DNA of 64,000 nucleotides from the human T2T-CHM13v2.0 reference genome, Homo sapiens. The stretch lies in the NCBI RefSeq assembly GCF_009914755.1, contig NC_060929.1; one strand, written 5' to 3'. A model generated the notes under the pieces. The model did no database searches and had not been told where the DNA came from. It saw nothing but the letters and a program-made list of their open reading frames with translations. Position numbers and translations under genes: made by a program. Numbering within the stretch: position 1 is the stretch's first letter; every line of letters begins with the position of its first letter. Below, piece after piece: positions 1-18,268 of this stretch.

Positions 1-42
1 CCTCCCAAAGTGCTGGGATTACAGGCGTGAGCCACCGCACTC

Positions 43-1610
<1,568 letters not shown>

Positions 1611-1631
1611 TTTTTATTTAAAAAGAATGCA

Positions 1632-1982
<351 letters not shown>

Positions 1983-2304
1983 TTAAGGAATGCAGAGTAA
2001 GGAGAAATTAGAGTGAGCCTGCATTGGACCAAACGGAGAGGAGAGGAGACAATTGCTTTAGGTTCAAACAACTTCCAAGCCCTCATTGTCTCTCTCTGCC
2101 TCATAAGCGGGGGAAAGTGGAGCTCCCCCACATAATCAATTAATGGCGTGAATAAATGTATAATTGCAGACAAGAGTAAGTATTACAAAGGAGAGATGCA
2201 CAGTGCTCTGAGGGCTGATCACCAAGTCCCAGGCCTAGTTGGAGGTGGGGAGGGAGGAGATGTTCAGGGGTGACTTTCCTGAGGGAATGGAGCTTGAGCT
2301 GAGC

Positions 2305-2441
2305 TTTTTTATTTTTATTGTTTTAGAGATGGGGGTCCCACTATGTTGCCCAGGCTGGCCTTGAACTCCTGGGCTCAAGCAGTTCTCCTGCCTCAGCCTC
2401 CCAAGTAGCTGCTACTATAGGTGTGCACCATTATGCCTGGA
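2305..2441 (-). mobile_element. Alu monomer (FLAM-like)
   Basis: Single antisense Alu arm; TSD ttgagctgagcttt. Confidence 0.8.
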
Positions 2442-2809
2442 TTGAGCTGAGCTTTAGAGGTGGGGTGGGAAGGGAGCATTGCAGTCAGAGGAAACAATTC
2501 AGGCAGTGGCTTTTGCCGGAGGGTGCTTTCTGAAAGGCCAGTGTGGATGGTACTGATTGAAGGAGAGAGAGAGAGTCATAAGGAGGCTGGGAAGGTAGGC
2601 AGATCTTGAGAGTTTTGGGTGTATTTTTGTCTTCATCCTAAGAAATAGGGAGGAAAATTTCCAGTTTTGCAGGTGATGTGATCCAGGTGGGCATTTTGGA
2701 AAGCTCAATCTGGTTGGGGGTGGAGGGATGATGGATGAGAGAGGGAGTTTGTGCTGCATTAAAGTTAATTTATCCTCCTCACTACGGTGGGTGTAATTTT
2801 TTTTTAATG

Positions 2810-3452
2810 AGAACAAGTCTTGACAATGATGTGGAGAAATTAGAATCCTTGCACACTGCTGATGGGGATGTAAAATGGCAAATCCACTACAAAAAAACAT
2901 TTTGGCAGTTCTTCAATCAGTTAAACATAGAATAAGCATTTGACCCAGCAATTCCACTCCTAGGTATATCCCCAAAGGAACTGCAAACAGGTTACTCAAA
3001 AACTTACACACAAAAGTTCATAGCATCTGTATTCATAGTAGCCAAAAGGTAGAAACAATTCAAATGTCCATCAACTGATAAAGGGGTTTTTTAAATGAGG
3101 TATATCCATACAATGGAATATTATTTAGCCATAAAACAGAAAGAAGTACTGATGTATGCCACAACATAAACAAATCTTGAAAGAAGAAGCCAAACACAAA
3201 AGCCTACATGTTGTAGGATCCCATTTATGTGAAATATCCAGATTAAATCTATAAAAACAGAAAGCAAATGAGTGGTTGCCACAGCGGGGGAAAGGGAGAA
3301 ATGAGGAATGACTTAATAGGTACAGAATTTATTTTTGGAGTGATAAAAATGTTCTGGGACTTGGTAATGGTGATGGTTGCACAACATTATGAATGTATTA
3401 TGTGTTACTAATAGGAAATTATATGTTATATGTATTTTACTGCACTAAAAAA
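2810..3452 (+). mobile_element. L1MB-like 3' end
   Basis: 'tgacccagcaattccactcctaggtatat...caaatgtccatcaactgat...atggaatattatttagcc'. Confidence 0.8.
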
Positions 3453-3726
3453 TTTAAGTTATTTTGTCCTCACCTCCCCCTTGGGACCCTACTTCCCTCA
3501 TCTATGCAAGAAGGAAGTTGAGCTCACTGTGCCCTTCAGGTTCTAACTTTCTAAGACACCATAAACTGCCCAGGTAGTGTACTTTGCACTCTGCCTACCT
3601 ATAGGATAACTTAAGTAGAGTACCAAATAGGCAACGATAATACTAAACCACAAAATTAAAAAGTTACTCTCTTTTCAGTCTCTTTTACTCTTTCTGATTG
3701 CGTCAAGTTGAAAGTCTTGCTTTGGT

Positions 3727-4190
3727 GCTAGTGCAAAGCAGGTTCACTGTGCACCAATTGCTTGCCAAATTGAGATAGAAATTCACACACGCAACCCATT
3801 ACATGAAATGGGCTTATTACTCACAGATAGGCAGCAAGGGACAACAGAAGCCCAGGATTCACAATTAGCCAGTCCCTCAAGGCTCAGGAAAAGCTGCCTG
3901 GGGCAGATGAATGCTCTTCTGCACATGCCCCTCTTGCACCACAGCTGAAGGACCTTGGAAAGCAGCTCATCCTGGGTTTTATACCAGGGGATATGGGACT
4001 CGCTGAGCTAAAGCATTGAAGGGCATCCTGTTTCTAGGAGGGACTGAAACAAAGCCCAAGCTGTTCCAGTCAGCTCCTCCAAATCTTAGGATATTATATT
4101 CCCAGCACATTCTATAGTTATTCTTGAGAACTATAAGTAAGATGAGGGGGAGAACTGGGTCCAAGGCTACCCAGAGAACTGTCTTACTAG
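3727..4190. mobile_element. Probable ERV solo LTR, subfamily unassigned
   Basis: 'ttattactcacagataggcagcaagggacaacagaagcc' resembles ERV1-class LTRs (from recall). Confidence 0.5.
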
Positions 4191-4212
4191 TAGACACCTA
4201 ACACCCCTCTAA

Positions 4213-4388
<176 letters not shown>

Positions 4389-4782
4389 CTTGTTTATTTC
4401 TTTAAGTAAAGAGATATCAGACCTCAGCCTCGGAAATTTAGGCAGACAACCTCAGAGCTCAATTTTAATAACATTATTTTGTTTCTATTTTACTTATTTC
4501 TACTAAAAGCATCCCTTTAGCACAAGTGACACTAGTATTTCAACTGTACAGATGACATAATATTTTTCTTCTTAAAGTAAATTTTACTGAGTCAAAAAGT
4601 GATAGAATTATTTTTAAATTTACTTAAATAACAGAAGATTGCAGAAATACAAAAAATCATAATGTAGATATGCTAATCACTGACGTTTGAGAAACAGTAC
4701 ACTATTCAATTACTGATGCTACTACTTGGGAACTGAAAGCAGGACTTACAGCCCATCAATCCTTTAGAAATTATAGGCTGTT

Positions 4783-5080
4783 GGCTGGACACAGTGGCTC
4801 ACGCCTGCAATCCCAGCACTTTGGAAGGCTGAGGCCTGCAGATCACTTGAGGTCAGGAGTTCCAGAGCAGCCTGGCCAACATGGCAAAACCCCGTCTCTA
4901 CTAAAAATATAAAATTTAGCCAGGTGTGTTGGCAGGCGCCTGTAATCCCAGCTACTCAGGAGGCTGAGGCAGGAGAATCACTTGAACCCAGGAGAAGGAG
5001 GTTGCAGTGAGCCAAGATCATGCCACTGCACTCCAGCCTGGGCAACAGAGCAAGACTCTGTCTCAAAAAAAGAAAAAATA
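4783..5080 (+). mobile_element. AluS
   Basis: Full dimer; TSD agaaatta(t/c)aggctgt. Confidence 0.92.
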
Positions 5081-6956
5081 AGAAATTACAGGCTGTGGAC
5101 AAAGCTTTGGCTAAGAACAGATCACACCTGCTTCATCCACCCCACTGTGTCACTTTATGGAGCAACAGCAATGGGCCAGGGAGGCCTGCAGTTTGGAAAA
5201 TAAAGCTGAGGAGACAGAAACTGGCTTCAGGTCCAAGACCTTTTGTGTAGGCCCTAGGAGTAACTGGGCACACTGATGTGACTCAATCACAGAAGCCCTC
5301 AGCATGGAAAGGGACAGCAGGGAAGAGAATGCCCAGTCACTCTCACTGCCTCCCATATTTCACCTATCCTGCAGGGGTGAGAGAATCTTCTAGAAATAGG
5401 CCTTCATAAGTTGTGCTCACACCGCTGGTCATACTCAGCCTTCCAAGGGGATGCTACTGGCGGTGTCAGTTCCTGTAAGAAATAAGCATGGTCAAGATGA
5501 CTCTCAGAGCACCCCCCACAAGACTTCATATTCCTTCTCATCATTCATCTTGTGCCAAGAGCCGTCCAGAGCAGTAATTACTAAGGAATCCCAAATGAAC
5601 ATTATTTCTAAATCTAAGATCTAAAGGGCTGTTCATTATAAGGAATAACAAAAGCAACTCACTGTGCCTTAGCCCTTAGGAAAATCTCCCTAGATAAGAA
5701 AATGGAAATTTGAGAGTTTTCCTCATGTCCGTCGAGCTGATGCCTTGAGAGCTCCCACATTTTCATATAGACAGCTGGATTAAGTAGCAAAACAGAGCTC
5801 CCTGGGGTGGTTGTGGGGAGAGGAAAGGAGAGGGAGAATCTAAATAAATGCTAAAACATCGCTGGGATAAATTACAGGAAAAGTTCATTGGTCTCATTCC
5901 TGTTAGTATCACTTCTGGAGAGTGGTACTGGGGCTCCAAGTTAGTCCTATTTTAACGCTTAGATTTTTTAAATTGTGTTATTTTTATAAAGATGATGATG
6001 ATAAAGGGATATTAATTAGAAGGGATTCCAAATTTTAGCCTGCCCAGTGTACTTCTGGGGACCCAACCAGCCCCCAGTAGAGAAAGACATGTGCCTCACT
6101 TCTAAGCCCGACATCTAAGGAAGCCACTTTGGCAGGCATTAACATCTTCGGTGGTCCCTAACCATCAGTGCTAAGGAAGTAGTGTCAAAGAAAACAAAAG
6201 AGCCAGGTAGATAAATGGCACCATCCTTCGACAGAACTGTAGGCCAAGTGTGCCTTCGGGAACCACAGGCCATCCTTGCCCCTTGAACCCTTGTAAGTCC
6301 TACGGGCTCACGCATGCCCCGCACGACCCACATGGCCCCAGCTCATATGGAAGAAAGCCTAGCAGAGTGGTCACTGGAACAGGGAAGGCATCTGGAGTCC
6401 AAAGCTTCTTCACAGCTCCTACAAACTCTCCACCACTTCTCATCCCACTTTCTTCCTGTAAAGTCAGCACTGCTGGCAGAAGAAATATCTCGGAGGCTTA
6501 GGCAAAACATTTGAGGAATAAAAGAGAAGTTGCTTTAGTCCCCTCAATTTACACAACCCTCTTAATTGCCTCCATGTCTGTGGTTGTTAGCCACTAATTA
6601 TTAGGTGTTTCGTCTGTGTCAGCATTTTCATAAACTGTTCCTCTCCCTGGGACATGGTAAGTATTTCCTCAGGCTGACTTTGAGGCAGTGGACCAAAGCT
6701 GCAGCTGGAGAAAGCGGGCTGGGGTTGGGGAGGGCTTAATGGGATTTTGAGTCTGTGTGAGTGATTTTTAAGCTGTGAGTCAATTTGGTAGAAAGAGCAC
6801 TGAACTGCAATCCACTGAAACAGTAATAATAATAATAGCTGCTTTTTGCTGTGCCAGGCACTGCCTAAGTCCTCTGTATCTTCTAATCCTCACCAAAAAA
6901 CCTTAAATGAAGGACTTAGGGCTCAGAGAGAGTAAGTCACCCAGCCAGGAAGAGCT

Positions 6957-7231
6957 GTGTATCAGTTAGGGGAGTGAGTTTGGCTGCACATAACAGAACA
7001 CACATAACAGTGGCTTGAACAAATCAAAAAGGGCTGTTTGTTTATTTTTTCTCTCATATGAGAAGTCTGGAAGTAGGCAGTCTGGGGACAGTGGGGATAG
7101 TATGGCAAATCCACACTGTCAGGAGAGGCCCATGGCCCTTCTAGTGTTTCCCTACTCTGTCCTTAAAATGTGGCCATAATGTCCCTCTTCCAGGCAGGAA
7201 GAAATATGGCAAAGACAAAAGGCACATACAG
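6957..7231. mobile_element. Old ERVL/MaLR-type LTR fragment (LTR33-like)
   Basis: 'tgtatcagttagggg...ggctgcacataacagaa...cagtggcttgaac' start motif. Confidence 0.5.
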
Positions 7232-7936
<705 letters not shown>

Positions 7937-8182
7937 TCATCTCTCTGCTTCTACTGTGTTGTGTGGCCAGTTTTCTACAAATGCCTATTGTGTCACTGGT
8001 ACTGTGCTAAGATTTTACATATATTGTTACATTTATTCCTCATAACAGCCTTATAGAGAAGGAATTACCAACCTCTGGGTTCTAGTTTATTCCCTGCTAT
8101 GTGGCTAAAATGTCTTAGATAAATCACATTCCCTCTCTGGACCTCATTTGTTCATCTGCTTTATGAGGGATTGGACTAGATA

Positions 8183-9029
<847 letters not shown>

Positions 9030-9770
9030 GACAGAGATCTCTTTGTCCCTCCGGCTATAAATATAACTCTGTCATAAGCTATCGTGGTCTTCCTGATCAA
9101 GTCCTTTCAGCTCTCAATTTCCTCAGTTTCTCTTCGGTAAAATGGAAGTAATACTTGCTTTGTCTAGCTCAGAGCTGTTAGGGGAACCAAAGTAATCTTC
9201 ATGTAAGCACACACGAATGCAGAGCTTACGCATTTTCAATTACACAGGATCGGCTTCTGTAGTGCTGAGTGAATGTTGAGTCTTACTATATTCTTCAACT
9301 TGAGACCTATTTCCCAGAGACGCTGATGTTTTTCTGTCACTTCCATGTAAGTGTCCTGCTACAACCATATATTATCTTTTTAGTGCCAGTTTAGGGCTGA
9401 ATTCATATAAAATTCAATAATAAAGGGGGAACTGCATCTTAAGTGCACTTGGATGGAACTACTTACGAAAATAGAAGATAAAATGAGATTTCGCCAATGG
9501 GTCTTGTAGCTCCAATTATCTTAGGCTCTTTGAAAAGCTTGAGTCAATGTACTGTGATTTTAAGTTATAGATCAAACACAGTTCATTTTGTCTACAACTT
9601 CTAAACCGGGATAAATGGACAAAGGACAGAAAAATAAGGAAGGTTGGTTTGTCTTGTTCATAATCTGTGTCTTTGGATATCTGTGAATACTTATTAAATA
9701 TTCATCTAAAAGTCAGCTTAGGTAGCCATAATTAATGTTTCAAATAGCCAAGTAAAGATCTACAAATATA

Positions 9771-10593
9771 TTTTGTTTGTTTGTTTGTTTGTTTTTAGGA
9801 CAGAGTCTTACTCTGTCACCCAGGCTGGGGTACAGTGGTGTGAACACAGCTGTATTAATCCGTTCTTGTACTGCTATAAAGAAATACCTTACACCCTCTA
9901 CCTTTGTAGCAGGGGATCTTGCTATGTTGCCCAGGCTGGTCTCAAACTCCTAGGCTCAAGCAACCCTCCCACCCTGGTCTCCTGAGTGGTTGGGATTACA
10001 GGTGTGAGTCACCACACCTGGCCCTGTATATGCCTTTTATCTTTGTCACATTTCTTCCTGCCTGAAAGAGGGACATTATGGTCACATTTTAAGGACAGTG
10101 CAGGAAAACACTAGAAAGGCCATGGGCCTTATCTGACAGTGTGGATTTGCCATTAAAAAAAAAAAACGTGGGTATGCCACACACTTTTAAAGAAGCAGAT
10201 CTCACGAGAACTTACTATTGTGACCACAACACCAAGGGGAGATGGTGTTAAACCATGAGAAACTGACCCCATGATCCAATCACCTCCTATCAGGACCCAC
10301 CACCAGCACTGGAGATTACACTTCAACACGAGATTTAGGTGGGGACACAGATCCAAACCACATCAAAAGCTCACTGCAACTTCAATCTCCTGGGCTCAAG
10401 TGATCCACCCACCTCAGCCACCCAAGTAACTGGGACTCCAGGCACATGCCTCCACACTTGGCCAATTTTTCATTTTTTGTAAAGATGGGGTCTATGTTGC
10501 CCAGGCTTGTCTTGAACTCCTGGCCTCAAGTGATCCTCCCACCTCAGCCTCCAAAACTGCTGGGATTAGAGGGACGAGCCACCATGCCCAGGC
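9771..10593 (-). mobile_element. AluJ split by an MST LTR (pieces 9771-9850 and 10366-10593)
   Basis: Alu text stops at 'gaacacagc' and resumes at 'aaagctcactgcaac'. Confidence 0.85.
9851..10365 (-). mobile_element. MSTA/MSTB-like MaLR solo LTR with its middle replaced
   Basis: Ends 'tgtattaatccgttcttg' and 'ggggacacagatccaaaccacatca'; 5-bp TSD acagc/aaagc. Confidence 0.85.
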
Positions 10594-10965
10594 TATGAAT
10601 ATCTTATTTGTTAAATTATGTTTAAGAAAGTACTTCAAATTATGTTTGAAGTACTGCTGAATGCTTTCATAGTCTTTAACTAAAAGACACAGGGTACTGT
10701 GAGTGAAGTAGTCTACATGGACAAGCAAGATAGTTCCTAAACAAGCTACTATTTTGATCAGTTTCTCCAAATATTTATGGAAATAGTCTGAGATATTTAT
10801 GTTGGGGAGGATGTTTGATTTGCACACTGGAAGCTATTCTTTTTTTTTTTCTCGCTTCAAGAGAATTTCAGGATGATGTTGGGGTTTGAGTCATATAAAT
10901 AATGCCGCTAAAAGTCAGGCTTGAGGAAATTTCTATGCTACTAAAAAAGAAAAAAGAAAAGCCCA

Positions 10966-11270
10966 TTTTTTTTTTTTTTTTTTTTTTGAGACAGAGCGTC
11001 TCTCTGTCACCCAGGCTGGACTGCAATGGTGCAATCTTGGCTCACTGAAACCTCCACTTCCCAGGTTGAAGCAAGTCTCTTGCCTCAGCCTCCCGAGTAG
11101 CTGAGATTACATACGCCTGCCAACACACCCAGCTAATTTTCATATTTTTAGTGGAGATGGGATTTTACCATGTTGGCCAGGCTGGTCTCAAATTCCTGGC
11201 CTCAAGTGATTTGCCCGCATCGGCCTCCCAAAGTGCTGGGATTACAGGCACGAGCCACCATCCCGTCCTG
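10966..11270 (-). mobile_element. AluS
   Basis: Antisense full dimer. Confidence 0.9.
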
Positions 11271-11317
11271 AAAAGTCCACTTTTATATGTATTTTTTAAA
11301 AAATCAACTGATTATGC

Positions 11318-11543
11318 TGGGGGAAGTGGCTCACACCTGTAATCCCAGCACTTTGGGAGGCTGAGGCATGTGGATCACTTATTTTCATTTTCCTTACACA
11401 GGGTCTTACTCTGTTGTCCAGGCTGGAGTGCAGTGGCTCAATCATGGCTCACTGCAGCCTTGAACTCCTGGGTTCAAGTGATCCTCCCGCCTCAGCCTCC
11501 TGAGTAGCTGGGATTACAGGCATGTGCCACCACACCCAGCTGT
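11318..11543. mobile_element. Alu 5' stub (+) abutting an Alu right arm (-)
   Basis: 'gtggctcacacctgtaatcccagc...gatcactt' followed by an antisense monomer. Confidence 0.75.
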
Positions 11544-11759
11544 TACTTTTTAAAAGACAGGCTCTGAGTATTCTACATATGTTAATTCTCTTATGCATCC
11601 CAGTAGCCCTGGGATGAAAATACTGTCATTGTCTCCATGTTACGAATAGGGAATCTGAAGCTTACTTAAGTTAAGGAGCTCGTCCAAGGTGATAGGACTT
11701 GTTGGAGCAGAGCTGGGATTCAGTCTTGGCCAGTCTGATATCACAGTTCATCTCTAAAA

Positions 11760-11910
11760 CAGGAGTCAGCACATTACAGACCACAGGCCAAGTCCCCCCT
11801 GATGCCTGCTTTTATAAATAAAGTTTTATTGGAACACAGGCATTCTTGTTCATTTATGTGGTGTGCATGGCTGCTTTTGTGTGACAACGGCGTTTGAGCA
11901 GTTGTGGATA
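11760..11910. mobile_element. MER58A-like hAT element fragment
   Basis: 'ataaataaagttttattggaacacag' core. Confidence 0.7.
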
Positions 11911-13268
11911 ACTGGAGTGGTGGAGGGTAGAGTCATCCTCTTTAAAATGTGAGCCCCCAGAGTGGGAACTTCCAAGCTGAGATCTCAATCCCCAGAGTGA
12001 GCTTGTTGCTGAGGAATTTGTAGTTTAGTCAGCTCCCCAAAAACCCACTATCTCTGCTTTGACCTGAACAGAGGATGACAAAGAAATCTGTCTCCTTTCT
12101 GGAGTGAAAATATTTCCTTCCCCTTCAAAATGAGTCTAAATGACAGCTGAAGGTGTTCTGTGCGGTGCTTGGCACCCAGTCAGCACTCAGCAAATGTCCC
12201 CTTCCTTCCGACACCTGCCCTTGCCACCAGCTGGACCAAAATTGGCCACCTGCCTAAACTTGCAATGGTTTGTATATCATGGGACACAATGCTTTATGCT
12301 TTAAAACCAACATTGACATTTCATATAATAAAGTGAGGGTTGGAAGTAAGTTTCACAACTCAGAATAAACTGTTTGGGTCCAGCTGATGAGTGCGAGGGT
12401 GGGGGGGTGCAGTGAGGGGAATATGCTAGGTCAGCCAGGTCAGCCATTCCATTATGGTTGAGGCAGTGAATTATCTTTGTCCAGAAGACCAAGGTGGAGG
12501 GCAAAAGGGGAATGAGCACTCAAGTGAGTGGGAGCAGAATGCTTGCCTGGGCAGCCTCTGGATAACTCTTTCGAAGACTGTGTCAGTCTTGGTCCCTCCA
12601 CCCATCCAACACCAGCATTAAAAGCCTAATCTTTAACCAGGCTCTGAGCCATTTGCCTGACACTGAGAAACGGCTGAGTTTTCCTGCCAAATATATATCC
12701 ACATTTTTTTTTTATAGATATAAATCACCTTCAAGTCACTTCTCCTCTTTGCAGTTAAGGTTACTAAATCTGCCCAGCACTTTTGTTCTTTAGAAGAATA
12801 TAGACTTTGTGGTTAGACTGGGTTTTAAGTCCCTGATCCATTCTACTAACTGTGTGACCTTGGGAAAAACTTTTAACCTCTCTGAGCCTCTCAGTCTTAT
12901 CATTTGCAATAACAGTACTTACCAATTTCATCCACCTGCATAACAAATATTTGAGTGCCTATTGTGTGCCAGACACTGTGAAAAGCTATAAATTTCACAG
13001 CAAATAATACAGACAAGATCCTTATCCTTGTGGATCTTACCATCTAATAGAAGGCACTATAATAATCAAGTAAATAAGATTATTACAGATGGTGATAAAC
13101 GATACGGAGGGGATATAGAGGGTGATGTAATAGAGTGAGCTACTTAAGTGACATTGAAGACCTGAAGTGTGAGAATGAGCAATAACCATGGGAAGAGCTG
13201 TTAATGGTATCAAGCCACAGGAACATGGAGCACAGAGGTGTGGCGATGGGAAAAGAGGTGTTGTTTTA

Positions 13269-13628
<360 letters not shown>

Positions 13629-13741
13629 TCAGAGAGGGAGGCAGAGGCCCGATCACATGGGCTTTATGCATAATGGTAAGGATTTTAGATTTTATTCTAA
13701 TCAGGGTGGGAAGTCAATAAAAGAATTGTACAAGGTTCATA

Positions 13742-14038
13742 TTTTCTTTTCCTTTTTTTTTTTTTAAATCTCTGAGACAGGGTCTGGCTGGAGTGCTGTG
13801 GTGTGATCATGTGGCCCACTGCAGCCTTGACCTCCTGGGGTAAAGGAATCCTCCTCACTCAGCCTTCCGAGTAGCTGGGATGACAGGTGCGTGCAATGGC
13901 ACCTGGCTATTTTTTATTTTTAGAAATAAGGTCTTACTATGCTGCCCCGGCTGGTCTCGAACTCCTGGCCTCAAACACTCCTCCTGCCTGAGCCTCCCAA
14001 GGTGCTGCGATTACAGGCATAAGCCACCATGCCCAGCC
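13742..14038 (-). mobile_element. AluJ
   Basis: Diverged antisense dimer. Confidence 0.85.
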
Positions 14039-14209
14039 ATGATTCATGTTTTGAAAAGATCAGTTTTGATGCTTTGTGAAAAGATTATAAGAAACAAGAG
14101 AGGTCAGGGTTATTGTAAAGATTACCTGCAATTACAAATGTAATGGGCACAGCCCCTGATGCACGTAAATTCTCTATGAATAATAGTTAGTTGTTCTGGA
14201 AAGTCTAAG

Positions 14210-15515
14210 CCTGTCCTGTCCAGTACACCAGCCATTCTCCACATGTGATTACTGAGCATCTGGAATGTGGCTGGTGCGACCAAGGACTTAAATTTCTGAT
14301 TTTATTTAATTTTAATTAATTTAAATTTAAAAACTGATATTCAATTCAGTTACTGGGAAGTATGTTTGAAAAAACTTACATATATGAATCAATTTTTTAA
14401 AATATAGATTTTATGAAATGTGAATGCAGACTCAAGTATTTTTGATGAAAATTTGATGTCCAAATTGAGATACACTATAAAATACACACATGATCCCAAA
14501 GACTTAGTAAGAAAAACAGAATGTAAAATAACTTGTTACAGCTGGGCACGGTGGCTCACACCGGTAATCCTAGCACTTTGGGAGGCCAAGGCAGGCAGGT
14601 CACCTGAGGTCAGGAGTTCAAGAGCAGCCTGGCCAACATGGCGAAACCCCGTCTCTACTAAAAATACAAAAAATTAGCTGGGCATGGTGGTGCATGCCTG
14701 TAATCCCAGCCACTCAGGAGGCTGAGGCAGGAGAATCACTTGAACCCAGGAGCTGGAGGTTGCAGTGAGCTGAGATCGTGCCACTGCCCTCCAGTCTGGG
14801 CGACAGAATGAGTGAGACTCCGTCTCAAAAAAAAAAAAAAAAAAACACTTGATAAACATTTTTATATTCATCACATGCCCAAAGGATATTTTAGACATAT
14901 TTGATTAAATAAAACATTAATTGCATTTAATAATAGTAAATATTAAATTAATTTTACTTATTTTACTGTTTTTAATGCCGATACCAGGAAATTTAAAATT
15001 TGACCAGGTATAGTGGCTCACACCTATAAGCCCAGCACTTTGGGAGGCCAAGGCTGGAGGATACCTTGAGGCCGGGAAATCAAGACCAACCTGGTAAAAA
15101 TAGCAAGACCCTCTCTCTACAAAAAAAAAAAAAAAAAAAAAAAGAGGCACGATGGCATCCGCCTGTAGTTCCAGTTGCTTGGGAGGCTGAGGTGAGAGGA
15201 TGGCTTGAACCCAGGATGTCAAGGCTGCAGTGAGCTATGATTGTGCCACTGCACTACAGCCTGGGTGACAAGAGTGAGACCCTGTCACAAAATAAAGTAA
15301 TAAAATATGTGTGGCCCAGTACAGTGGCTTATGCATGTTATCACAGCATTTTGGGAGGCTGACATGAGAGGATCACTTGAGGCCAGGAGTTTGAGGCTGC
15401 AGTGAGCTAGAATTATGCCATTGCACTCAGCCTGGGTGACAGAGTGAGATCCTGTCTCTAATAAATAAATAAATTACATATGTGGCTGACATTGTATTTC
15501 TATTGGGCATGCTGA
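14210..15515. mobile_element. Charlie1/MER33-like hAT element containing three + strand Alus (14541-14845, 15002-15305, 15313-15474)
   Basis: 'ctgtccagtaca...catgtgattactgagcatctggaatgtggct' start and 'aaattacatatgtggct...tattgggcatgctg' end; Alu dimers in between. Confidence 0.7.
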
Positions 15516-15671
15516 TCTAAGGGAAAACAAAAATGTAGACATAAATGCACAGGATGCTAATTCTTGATTATGTCTCATCAGAAATTTTAATTCAAAGATT
15601 GGAACTGGGAAAAAATAAGAAACAAAAGCATGTTTTGGAAACACTGTAGGAATGCATAATCTACATCATAA

Positions 15672-15994
15672 TTATTTATTTATTTTTATTTTATTTTATT
15701 ATATATTTTGTTTGAGACAGAGTCTCACTTTGTTGCCCAGGCTGGAGGGCAGTGGCGTGATCTCAATTCGCTGAAACTTCTGCCTCCCAGGTTCAAGCGA
15801 TTCTCGTGCCTCAGCCTCCCGAGTAGCTGGGATTATAGGCCTGTGTCACCACATCCAGCTAATTTTTGTATTTTTAGTAGAGACAGGGTTTCACCATGTT
15901 GGCCAGGCTGGTCTCAAACTCCTGGCCTCAAGCAATCCTCCTGCCTCCGCCTCCCAAAGTTCTGGATTACAGGCATAAGCCGCCATGCCCAGCC
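15672..15994 (-). mobile_element. AluS
   Basis: Antisense dimer. Confidence 0.9.
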
Positions 15995-16429
15995 TTATTT
16001 ATTTTTATATACATCTCATTCTCAAGGAGTTCTTTTAGCATCCCTGACTGTTCCTGGATTTTAGACCCTCCTTTGGCAAGCTCAAGAAGCTCAGTCCCGG
16101 GGAAACAGAGAGAATGGAGCTCAGGACTTAGAGGGTCCCAGAATGTAAGGTTTTATCCCCAAAACCAACTGGGCTCAATACAACTGATTAGGTGATGGAC
16201 ATGTGTCATTAAGAAACCACTGACCTGCTCCCCCCCAAAAAAAAAAAAGAGGGAAACTGATTCTTTTGCTACTTTCTTGATTTATTGCTATACCCACCAC
16301 TGGACCTAGTATGATGCCTAGCATTTATTCATTATTCAATAATTTATGTTCAGCACTGATTCTTTCAACAAACTTGGGTGCTCAGTTCCCTATCTGGGGG
16401 GTGTGAATGAAACCTTCACAAATATTGCC

Positions 16430-16556
16430 ACTATTAATAATAGTAGTAGTATTCATTAACATAGTAATAATAAAATCACTATTAGTAATTAATCATAATA
16501 ATGGTAATATCTGTGAGATCTTCATTAATAGTAATAATGATTACAGTAACAACAAA
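16430..16556. repeat. Degenerate (AAT/AGT)n low-complexity tract
   Basis: Repeated taa/tag triplets. Confidence 0.7.
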
Positions 16557-16597
16557 CACTTATTGAGTACTTACTGTGCTAGGTGCTATTAATATTA

Positions 16598-16895
<298 letters not shown>

Positions 16896-17818
16896 TTTTT
16901 AAGTATTTTTTCTATCTTGAGCACTTCATTTTCTGTGTTTTAGATAAAACATGACACCATTTAATTCTTACAACAACCCTATAACTCCAAAAGTGTCAGT
17001 ATCTGCTTACTCAACTCAGAGAGCTGAGTGGCCAGTGTTTTGGCCATAAATTTCTGAAATAGGATGTTCACTGATCCCTTACAACTGTAAACAGGGCAAA
17101 CATGGTCTCTGCCCTGGGAAAATACAAACAGAACCACCCTCTGAATCAAAAACATTTCTTGTCCTTTTACAGGATAGTTGTAAGGACTAAGAAACAAAAT
17201 CTTCATGTTTCCAGGAATGGATGAGTTGGCTTTCATCATTAAAAATTTGTTTTTTGCTTTGTGTTCTACATACACTTAAACAGCATCCAACTACCTATTG
17301 TTCCTAAAAATGCTTCTGATATTTTTATGCTCCTGATTCCATGTCCTTCTACCTATCCTGGTTTGTTTTTTTTTTTCCCCCACTAAGTGAACTATTCCTC
17401 TTTCTACAGCCTAACTCGAGTATCTTATTAGTGAAGACCTACCAAATTGGGCCAGTTGCACTTTGGTTTCTTTTGGCATAAAAAGAAAGGCAGATTGCTC
17501 TTCTTTTGGGCTCAGTAACTTCTTTATTTCCCTTCTCCACTCCCCCACTAGTCTGTGAGCTCCTGATGATGGGGAAGGGCAAGGATTCTGTCTTATTAGG
17601 CTTTCTGTCCCCAGCTACTGGCACAAGACCTGCCATATAATATTTTTGTTGCTAATATTCATTAAACACTGTGTTCCTTGTCTTCTAGATATTTTTTTCT
17701 CCCGCGCCCTGTGCTCCTTGTCTTCTAGGTATTTTTTCTCCCAACAAGCTTGTGAGGTAGGTACCATTGTTACCGATCCCAGTTTTTATACATGAGGTAA
17801 ATTTATACATTAAAAAGT

Positions 17819-17958
17819 TGGCTGGGCCCTGTGGCTCACATCCATAATCCCTGCATGTTAGGAGGCTGAGGCAGGAGGATTGTTTGAGCCCAGGAGTTTG
17901 AAACTAGCCTGGGAAATGTGAGAACTTGTCTCTTAAAAAAAAAAAAAGTAAAATAAAA
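17819..17958 (+). mobile_element. Alu monomer (FLAM-like)
   Basis: Left arm plus A-tail. Confidence 0.8.
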
Positions 17959-18268
17959 ACCTTAGAAGCATAAGTAACTGGCCCCAAAATCACACTGCTA
18001 CTCAGTGGCAGAGACTGAATTAGAACTCAGTAATCAAATAAGCCACCTAAAGCATTTTTCACAGCATGCGGTGCTTAATAAGCGTATAGTCTATGAATAT
18101 TAGCAATGGGAATTATTGTTTAGAGTTGTACAGCTAGTAAAGGAAGCTGAGACCGTAACTCAAGTTTTATGGGTTTAGTTACTTATTTATTTAGCTCCAA
18201 AGTTTACAGTCTTTCCATTACACCAGAATTGAATTAACAGGGCCACTTAAAGAGGCTTAACCATTTGC

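Noticed and set aside
5100-6800. Repeat-poor upstream stretch with short ORFs and a GTAAGT at ~6658
   Set aside because: No recognisable protein or paired splice sites. It may be regulatory, but sequence alone gives no support.
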